In this document: in pieces, positions 57,482 through 64,000 of the stretch
Numbering within the stretch: position 1 is the stretch's first letter
Layout of the letters: each line of letters begins with the position of its first letter
DNA from: Candidatus Bathyarchaeota archaeon
Lineage (GTDB): Archaea; Thermoproteota; Bathyarchaeia; Bathyarchaeales; Bathycorpusculaceae
Assembly (NCBI GenBank): GCA_963833575.1
Contig: CAWHXY010000004.1
Coordinates: 832,001-896,000 of the forward strand
Length of the DNA: 64,000 nt
Direction: 5' to 3'
The notes under the pieces: model-generated
Told to the model about the DNA's origin: nothing
The model's input: only the letters and a program-made list of their open reading frames with translations
Database searches by the model: none
Position numbers and translations under genes: made by a program

Positions 57482-58954
57482 ATGACGACAAATAATGCGG
57501 AACCGGCGGTTAAAGAAATCACTTTAAAAATAGATAACCAAGAAGTCAAGGCAAAAGAGGGCGAAACCATCCTCGACGTTGCCAAAAGGCTGAACATAAA
57601 CATACCTACACTATGCTTTGTGAAGGCGCTCTCTCCGTTTGGCGCTTGCCGCCTGTGCTCAGTGGAGATCGCCGAAAAAAATGGAAAAAGCCGCATGGTG
57701 ACTAGCTGCAATTATCCTGTTCAAGAAGGCTTGGTCGTTTTTACGAGATCCGAAAAAACCATAAAGATTCGCAAAATGTTGCTTGAACTGCTGCTGGCGC
57801 GTTGCCCCAAGGTTGCGAAAATTCAAGAGTTAGCCCTTGAATATGGCGTTAAAACGACGGGTTTTTGGGTAGCCGATGAAAATGAAGACTGTATCTTGTG
57901 TGGTTTATGCACTCGTGTATGTGACGAACTTGTAGGCGTAAACGCAATAGATTTTGCCAACCGTGGGCTTGAACGTGAAGTCACTGCTCCGTATCACGAG
58001 TTTTCCAATGACTGCATAGGTTGTGGTGCCTGCGCTGCCATATGCCCAACTAAATCAAAAAGAACAAGGATAACCACGTACCCGGTATTAGAGGAAGACG
58101 CTAAGAAAATTAACGAGCAGTTCCTCAAAGGCACTTGCGACGAGAATATAGGCGTCTATCAAGAAATAATCGGAGCTAAAAGCTTGGTTGCCGGCCAAGA
58201 CGGCGGCATGGCCACAGCACTTTTGATCTCAGGCATGCAAAAGGGCATGTTTGATTCAGCAATCGTTGTCCAACGAAAAGATGGCTATCAAGCGGAAGCA
58301 GTCGTAGCAGAAAACATTGATGATATTATGAAAGCCAAGGGCACAAAGTATCTTCGTGTAAAGATGCTTTCTTTGCTGACTGATTTGGTGGCCAAGGGAA
58401 AGCGTAAAATTGCCTTGGTAGGCACGCCCTGTGAAATCCGTGCGGCACGAAAGATTCAGCAAGCACTTCTTGAGGCGCACCCTGATTTGCAGTTAACACT
58501 TGTGGGCCTGTTCTGCTTCGAAGCATTCGAATACGACAAACTCAAGGAGGCAGCACAGCAGCTTATGGGCGTCGACATTGACACCGTCGAAAAAACACAG
58601 ATAACCAAAGGCAAATTTATTGCAACCGTCAACGGAACCGACCACACAATACCCGTTAAAGAAATGAGCGCTGCACAGGCGCATGGCTGCAACTTCTGCG
58701 ATGACCTCACTAACAAATTCGCTGACATCTCTGTAGGTTCAGTCGGAACTCCAGAGGGCTTCTCAACCATCATAGTCAGGTCCGACATCGGAGCTAAGCT
58801 GCTAGAAAACGTTGAGTTCACTAAAATAGACGTCAACAAAGACGAACTTACGAAGCTGTCAGGATTCAAAAAGGGTCGGGCGAAAAAGAACTTCGCCAAG
58901 ATTATGCCGCCTGAACCTCCAATTCAAGTAGCACCAAAACTCGCAGTTCAATAA
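57482..58954 (+). CDS. Fusion of HydA/NuoG-type N-terminal Fe-S domains and an F420-binding FrhB domain
   Basis: IPTLC...GACRLC...TSC [2Fe-2S]; CILCGLC, CIGCGAC; then the FrhB motifs GQDGG..TALL, GTKY, VGTPC, GLFCFE.F, GC.FC.D, ADISVGS. Confidence 0.9.
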   Translation: MTTNNAEPAVKEITLKIDNQEVKAKEGETILDVAKRLNINIPTLCFVKALSPFGACRLCSVEIAEKNGKSRMVTSCNYPVQEGLVVFTRSEKTIKIRKMLLELLLARCPKVAKIQELALEYGVKTTGFWVADENEDCILCGLCTRVCDELVGVNAIDFANRGLEREVTAPYHEFSNDCIGCGACAAICPTKSKRTRITTYPVLEEDAKKINEQFLKGTCDENIGVYQEIIGAKSLVAGQDGGMATALLISGMQKGMFDSAIVVQRKDGYQAEAVVAENIDDIMKAKGTKYLRVKMLSLLTDLVAKGKRKIALVGTPCEIRAARKIQQALLEAHPDLQLTLVGLFCFEAFEYDKLKEAAQQLMGVDIDTVEKTQITKGKFIATVNGTDHTIPVKEMSAAQAHGCNFCDDLTNKFADISVGSVGTPEGFSTIIVRSDIGAKLLENVEFTKIDVNKDELTKLSGFKKGRAKKNFAKIMPPEPPIQVAPKLAVQ

Positions 58955-58992
58955 TTGCTTTTTCTTCCCTTACTTTCGCTAAACCCACGGGG

Positions 58993-59730
58993 TTATGTGC
59001 ATCCGTTGTATGCAGAGGGAATCCACGGTACTACTCGAATTGACGGTTCTTTAAGCTCGTTAAGGGTGGCTACGGTTAGCAGGAGAGGAACCATGGCTTC
59101 AATCAGTCTGGAGTTTTCTAGAGGGCCTGCTTTCAGTGGTCTCAAGTTAGGTATTTCGCAGATCAGCTTAGCCACTTCAGTGACTGACCAGTCATCGTTG
59201 CCTGCTGCAAAAACATCGATATTTAGTGATTTCTCTGTGTCACTCAAGTACACCGCGGGAATAGTGTGAAACGAGGACACTACGCTGGCTGGTCTTACAA
59301 TTTCCTGAATTAGCTCTGCAACTGATTTCTGTTCTGCTGCTTCAGCCTCAAAGCTTCCCGCGGTAGAGTTTGAAATTGGTATGTGCCTAAAGATACCTTG
59401 ACTTCTTTTCATTGAGACTATTGTTGAAATGACTATTTGATTTTGATGAAAATATGGTTTCAGTTCTTGCATTGCTTGAAGAGTAGCGTCGGCTGGAATG
59501 GTAACGATTACCGTTTCAGACTTTTCTACCGCATCCTTAGCAGAAGCACCATTAATGCTTCCCAACATGTTACTCTTATGAAAGTCACGGGCGTCAGCTT
59601 CAAGCCTTTTCGCGGTTTGAACTGCTTTTTCATAGTTCCTTGAAGTAATGAGCACATCGTGGTTTTTTGCCATCCTAAAGGCAAGACCTCTGCCCATTCT
59701 ACCCACTCCACCAATAATGCCTATTTTCAA
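58993..59730 (-). CDS. npdG: F420H2:NADP+ oxidoreductase family (copy 2, divergent)
   Basis: IGIIGG.GRMG.GLA.R, ITSR..EKA, SVAE, FHTIPA, AGPLENSRLIE...PLLL. Confidence 0.8.
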   Translation of the reverse strand: MKIGIIGGVGRMGRGLAFRMAKNHDVLITSRNYEKAVQTAKRLEADARDFHKSNMLGSINGASAKDAVEKSETVIVTIPADATLQAMQELKPYFHQNQIVISTIVSMKRSQGIFRHIPISNSTAGSFEAEAAEQKSVAELIQEIVRPASVVSSFHTIPAVYLSDTEKSLNIDVFAAGNDDWSVTEVAKLICEIPNLRPLKAGPLENSRLIEAMVPLLLTVATLNELKEPSIRVVPWIPSAYNGCT

Positions 59731-59920
59731 ATCAGCAACCCCTTAATTCATAATTTATTAAAATCAGACTTTGACTACAATAAACTTTGTTTTCCAAGAA
59801 TTAAAACATTATTTGTTTTTAGCTCTCGCACTTTTCTGAAAGAACAACAATTGAAATTGCCATTTTCTGGAAAGACCGTTTTGAGTTGCTTTTTTGATTT
59901 AGAGCTTTAATCGTTTGCAG

Positions 59921-59990
59921 ACAGTGTCCCAAAATGTCCCTAAATGTCCAGAATTGTCCCCATTTGTCCTTGTTTGTCCCCAAATATCCC
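59921..59990 (+). repeat. Seven tandem 10-bp units with TGTCC(C) core
   Basis: acagtgtccc aaaatgtccc taaatgtcca gaattgtccc catttgtcct tgtttgtccc caaatatccc. Confidence 0.85.
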
Positions 59991-60120
59991 GAAAACTCAA
60001 CCTTTGAAACTCTTAGGGGAAGTCTTGTTTTGAAGAACGAGGTTTCTACATTGGCTTTTCCCGCAGTTTTGTTCTTTGAAGTTTAGATTGCTTTTTGGTT
60101 TGGGTTTGAATTGGTTGCAG

Positions 60121-60200
60121 GATGAGTCTAAAAAAGTTTAGATAAGTCAAAAAAAGTTAGAAATAGATTAAGAAAGTTTGAAAAAGTCAAAATTAGTTAA
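60121..60200 (+). repeat. Eight tandem 10-bp units with an in-register AGT core
   Basis: gatgagtcta aaaaagttta gataagtcaa aaaaagttag aaatagatta agaaagtttg aaaaagtcaa aattagttaa. Confidence 0.7.
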
Positions 60201-60408
60201 ACCGCTACAATGTTCATAGTGGATTTCTTAGTCTACCCGTGGCTTAGGGATTTCAGCGAAAAAAAGACCTATGGCAAAACAAAGGAGCAAGAAAATCAAA
60301 TTATGAAAACGTTAAGTGATATGTTAACCCAGACAGATTGATTAACTGCTTTGGAGAATTACAAAACAATCGCTACCACGGAACTGTAGCGAAAGAGAAG
60401 GCGATTGA

Positions 60409-61950
60409 ATGGCTCCTAGTATTGAGCTCATTGTAGCGGCGTTTCTGCTTATGGCTTTCTTAGCCGCGGTTCTATCTAACAAGCTCAAGATACCGTACAC
60501 TTTGATTTTAGTTTTGGCAGGAGTATTGGTCACTGTCATCGCATCTTCGCTAACATTGCAAGGTGGGTCTTTCCAAAACCTGATTTCTCAACTGAGATCA
60601 ATTTATACTCAATTGCTTCAAGGCGGTGGAGGCGGACTTTTCGTGGGTTTAGTGGTTCCACCATTGATTTTTGAAGCAATGATTCACCTTCGCGCCAGTG
60701 ATCTAAAGGCTGTAATCAAACCTTCATTAGCTTTAGCGACCGTGGGTGTCTTGATAGCAACCTCGGTTGGGGGGTTAATCTTGTGGAAGGTAGTTGGTCT
60801 TTCTCCATATGTTTCTTTTCTTTTTGCTGCCTTAATTGCTCCAACGGACACAGTCACGGTTTTAGAGGTTTTTCGACGAGTCAAGGTTCCTTCTAAACTA
60901 TCTACGCTACTCGACACCGAAGCAGCATTCAACGATGCCACTGGAATTGTTATCTTCTCAGTAATTCTTTCAACTATCAGTCTTCAAAAAGTCGCGATAA
61001 CACAAACAATCTTCAGTTTCGGGTTTAATCTAGGCGCAGGTGTCTTAATCGGCATCGGAGTCGCATTTCTAGGCGAATTGCTCTCAAGTCTAATAGAAGA
61101 CAAAGTGGCAGAAACCATTCTAGCGGTAGCCGTAGTGTACGGGTCCTACGCTTTAGCAACGGGAATAGGTGCTTCTGGACTGATAGCGGTTGCGGTTGCA
61201 GGTTTATACTTTGGTAACTTCACAATGCGATCTGCAATGGAACCAGCATCAAAAGAAGCCGTGACTACCTTCTGGCAGATAGCAGCATTCTTAGGCAACT
61301 CGATTGCGTTCACAATCATCGGTTTCGAAACAAACCTTATTACACTTTCGCAATCAGTTTTTGTCATTGTTGCAGCCTACGCTGCAGTGACCATAGCAAG
61401 AGCTGCCACAGTTTACCCAATTCTCACAATATTCAATAAATTCGGAGACAAAATATCCACAATTTGGCGTAACATTGCTATGCTTGGCGGAGTCCGAGGT
61501 GCATTGTCCATTGCTTTAGTAGCTACGATAACAACTTCTGCAGTTATCTCTCAGGGAGACATTAACATGCTAAACACAATGGTGCTTGGAGTAGCCTTCA
61601 TCTCAATTGTTCTTCAGGTGCCCTTGCTCTTCCGCTACGTAAGTAAAAAAATACCGCAAACGGAAACTGTTTCAACTACAGAAATTGACGAACAATTCGA
61701 GCTAATAGCCTCGCACATGCAAGAATTGAAAAAACTAAAATCAGAAGGCAAAATATCCAACGAGGAATTCACAAAAAGAATAGACGTAAACAAAAAGAAA
61801 CTCGACGACCTGATCGCAACTACGCCCATCACGATAGAAACAAGAAAAATTATCCGCGCAAGAGCTGCCGCATTATATACTTCTTTCCCCAAAATCCCAA
61901 AACGTAAAACCAAAAACAAGGAAACAAAAACTAATACAGTTGAAGAATAG
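60409..61950 (+). CDS. CPA1-family Na+/H+ antiporter
   Basis: IPYT..LV..G, PPLIFE, IAPTD.V.V, EAAFNDATG, GGVRGALSIAL. Confidence 0.93.
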   Translation: MAPSIELIVAAFLLMAFLAAVLSNKLKIPYTLILVLAGVLVTVIASSLTLQGGSFQNLISQLRSIYTQLLQGGGGGLFVGLVVPPLIFEAMIHLRASDLKAVIKPSLALATVGVLIATSVGGLILWKVVGLSPYVSFLFAALIAPTDTVTVLEVFRRVKVPSKLSTLLDTEAAFNDATGIVIFSVILSTISLQKVAITQTIFSFGFNLGAGVLIGIGVAFLGELLSSLIEDKVAETILAVAVVYGSYALATGIGASGLIAVAVAGLYFGNFTMRSAMEPASKEAVTTFWQIAAFLGNSIAFTIIGFETNLITLSQSVFVIVAAYAAVTIARAATVYPILTIFNKFGDKISTIWRNIAMLGGVRGALSIALVATITTSAVISQGDINMLNTMVLGVAFISIVLQVPLLFRYVSKKIPQTETVSTTEIDEQFELIASHMQELKKLKSEGKISNEEFTKRIDVNKKKLDDLIATTPITIETRKIIRARAAALYTSFPKIPKRKTKNKETKTNTVEE

Positions 61951-62110
61951 ACCGCAAAAATATGTTCAATCCAAATGAGCGCTTCTCCAATCTCTGAAAA
62001 GCATTAAGAAACAATGGCATTTAAATTTGTCAATTCCGTTAGTAAAATAATTAATCCGTTTAGTGGAATAGAAGGTTTTGTAGTCGGAATCCGATCAAAC
62101 AAAAAAACCA

Positions 62111-64000
62111 TTGGAAGAAACCCCATTTTCGGTCTATGTTAAAACTGGGTTATCTTCAGAAGAGGTAGTTCGAAAACTTCAAAAGTACGGCAATAACGAA
62201 ATCCCTGAAAAGAAAATTAGTCCTTTTCGCAAGTTTTTAGGTTATTTCTCGGGACCCATTCCTTGGATGATAGAAATTGCCTCGGTTCTATCTATAATTA
62301 TACAACACTATGACGATTTTGCAATTATTTTCACGTTGCTAATTGTGAATGCAGCAGTGGGATTTTGGCAAGAACGGAAAGCCGACAATGCTATAGAATT
62401 GTTAAAAAAGCGACTTGCCCCTAAAGCCCGCGTGTTAAGAGATGGAACATGGAATGAGATAGCTTCAAAGGAACTTGTCCCGGGAGACATTGTACGTGTC
62501 CGTTTGGGTGACATTGTCCCTGCTGATATCAAACTTATGAAAGGAACCTACTTGCTTGCGGACGAATCTGCGTTAACGGGGGAGTCGCTTCCTGTAGAGA
62601 AACATGTTTCTGACATTGCCTATGCTGGAGCTATCATTAGGCAAGGCGAAATGGACGCTTATGTTGTGGCAACAGGAATAAGCAGCTTCTTTGGAAAAAC
62701 CGCAAAACTGGTGGCGGAAGCCAGAACCATAAGTCACTTCCAAAAAGCAGTTATACGAATAGGAAACTACTTGATCATCCTTGCTGCAGTAATGGTTTCT
62801 GCTGTTGTTATCGCAGCTCTTTTTCGGCATGCCAATCCGTTAGCTATTCTGCAGTTTGCGCTGATTTTGGTTGTAGCTTCAATACCTGTCGCGTTGCCAG
62901 CCGTTTTGACAGTCACTATGGCTGTTGGGGCAATCGTGCTCGCTAAAAAAGAAGCCATCGTAAGCAAGTTGGTTTCAATTGAAGAAATGGCTGGAGTTGA
63001 CGTGTTATGCTCAGACAAAACAGGCACAATAACGAAGAATGAACTTACTATTGCAGAAGCAAAAACTTTAGGAAAATTCGAAATCGACGATGCCCTCCTA
63101 TTTGGAACATTGGCATCCAGAGGAGAAAATCACGATCCCATAGATGATGCTGTCATCACCAAAGCTAGGTCGATCAGAGCAGTAGCCGATGCTCTTGGTC
63201 AATACAGCGTAGTTGATTTTAAGCCGTTTGACCCTGTTTTGAAGAGGACAGAAGCCACGGTAGAGAGTCCAGATCATGAACGATTCAAAGTGGCCAAGGG
63301 TGCGCCGCAGGTTGTTTTGTCTCTTGTTTCTAACAAGACGGAAATCGAAGATAGAGTTAACGAAATTGTAAACACTTTTGCAATCAAAGGTCACCGAGCG
63401 TTAGGAGTAATTAAGGGAGACGAAGAAGGTAATTGGGAATTTGTTGGTCTCCTTGCAATTTACGACCCGCCCAGAGAAGACTCTGCTGAGACAATAAAAA
63501 CAGCCCAGAAAATGGGTATAAACGTCAAGATGGTTACTGGCGATCATATTGCTATAGCTAAACAGATTGCGCAAGAAGTCAATCTGGGCACAAACATAAT
63601 ACCCGCATCCGCCTTCACAGACAAGCCCGACAGCGAAGCTAAAGGCATTATTGAGGGTGCAGATGGTTTTGCCCAAGTTTTTCCTGAGCATAAATATCGC
63701 ATCGTTGAGTTGCTCCAAGAACAAGGACACATTGTAGGCATGACAGGCGATGGAGTTAATGATGCTCCGGCGTTAAAAAAGGCTGATGCAGGAGTTGCCG
63801 TTGACGGAGCCACTGACGCGGCTAAATCGGCAGCGGACGTGGTATTAACGAAGCCGGGTCTTTCCGTCATCATTGACGCGATAAAAGAGAGCCGCAAGAT
63901 TTTCGAACGTATGACCAATTACGCCGTCTACCGAATCGCTGAGACTACTCGAGTGTTAATTTTCTTATCGCTTGCAATCCTTGCCTTCAACTTTTATCCG
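62111..64000 (+). CDS. P-type IIIA plasma-membrane H+-ATPase (3' truncated by window edge)
   Basis: Not in ORF track because there is no stop. Has YGNNEIPE, GPIPWMIE, DESALTGES, ASIPVALP, CSDKTGT, KGAP, DPPR, MVTGD, TGDGVNDAPALKKA. TTG start at 62111 is uncertain. Confidence 0.92.
   Translation, partial: MEETPFSVYVKTGLSSEEVVRKLQKYGNNEIPEKKISPFRKFLGYFSGPIPWMIEIASVLSIIIQHYDDFAIIFTLLIVNAAVGFWQERKADNAIELLKKRLAPKARVLRDGTWNEIASKELVPGDIVRVRLGDIVPADIKLMKGTYLLADESALTGESLPVEKHVSDIAYAGAIIRQGEMDAYVVATGISSFFGKTAKLVAEARTISHFQKAVIRIGNYLIILAAVMVSAVVIAALFRHANPLAILQFALILVVASIPVALPAVLTVTMAVGAIVLAKKEAIVSKLVSIEEMAGVDVLCSDKTGTITKNELTIAEAKTLGKFEIDDALLFGTLASRGENHDPIDDAVITKARSIRAVADALGQYSVVDFKPFDPVLKRTEATVESPDHERFKVAKGAPQVVLSLVSNKTEIEDRVNEIVNTFAIKGHRALGVIKGDEEGNWEFVGLLAIYDPPREDSAETIKTAQKMGINVKMVTGDHIAIAKQIAQEVNLGTNIIPASAFTDKPDSEAKGIIEGADGFAQVFPEHKYRIVELLQEQGHIVGMTGDGVNDAPALKKADAGVAVDGATDAAKSAADVVLTKPGLSVIIDAIKESRKIFERMTNYAVYRIAETTRVLIFLSLAILAFNFYP

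Noticed and set aside
55078-58954. [FeFe]/[NiFe] hydrogenase, formate dehydrogenase or respiratory complex I
   Set aside because: No H-cluster, NiFe large-subunit or molybdopterin domain, and no membrane Nuo genes.
59921-60200. CRISPR array
   Set aside because: The units are 10 bp with no 25-45 bp repeats or unique spacers, and there are no cas genes in the window.
62078-62083. TTG-TAG upstream of the H+-ATPase as amber readthrough (pyrrolysine)
   Set aside because: It lies in a non-conserved N-terminal region, a downstream TTG start (62111) suffices, and no pyl genes are visible.
953-63918. Numerous 60-150 aa ORFs antisense to or overlapping assigned genes (e.g. 7140-7526, 42377-42805, 58456-58899, 62308-63918)
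   Set aside because: Shadow frames of well-supported genes, with no motifs of their own.

Overview
Archaeal chromosomal window. Gene content and protein style point to Bathyarchaeia (TACK); this is an inference. The left half (1-33.5 kb) is mostly housekeeping: priS-gins15-(archaeosortase)-rpl44e-rps27e-[aIF2-alpha remnant]-nop10-PAC2, wecB, mcm, gins23, gdhA, an ABC exporter/bactofilin-like/wHTH operon, rfcL/S, an RNA-processing cluster (Trbp, EndoV, translin, Taw1), a surface protein, rpoP, Trm5-like/Trm112, nucleotide-sugar genes, guaA, Lrp, cysE/cysK. tRNA-Leu(GAG) at 33617-33704 is followed by a 3.4 kb integrase-less insert carrying two TrmB regulators and a secreted protein, closed by a degenerate copy of the tRNA 3' end. 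The right half has a deacetylase, argS, two convergent deoxyhypusine-synthase paralogs, a RimK/GCS2 ligase cluster, and an F420 region (cofE, mer, cofC, two fno genes). That region includes a HydABC/Bfu-like operon whose third subunit ends in an F420-binding FrhB domain. Two helically phased 10-bp repeat arrays, a Na+/H+ antiporter and a P-type H+-ATPase cut off by the window end follow. Best leads: the putative F420/NAD(P)/ferredoxin bifurcating complex, the internally deleted aIF2-alpha, the tRNA-anchored TrmB module and the phased repeats. All family calls come from motif recognition by eye; no searches were run.
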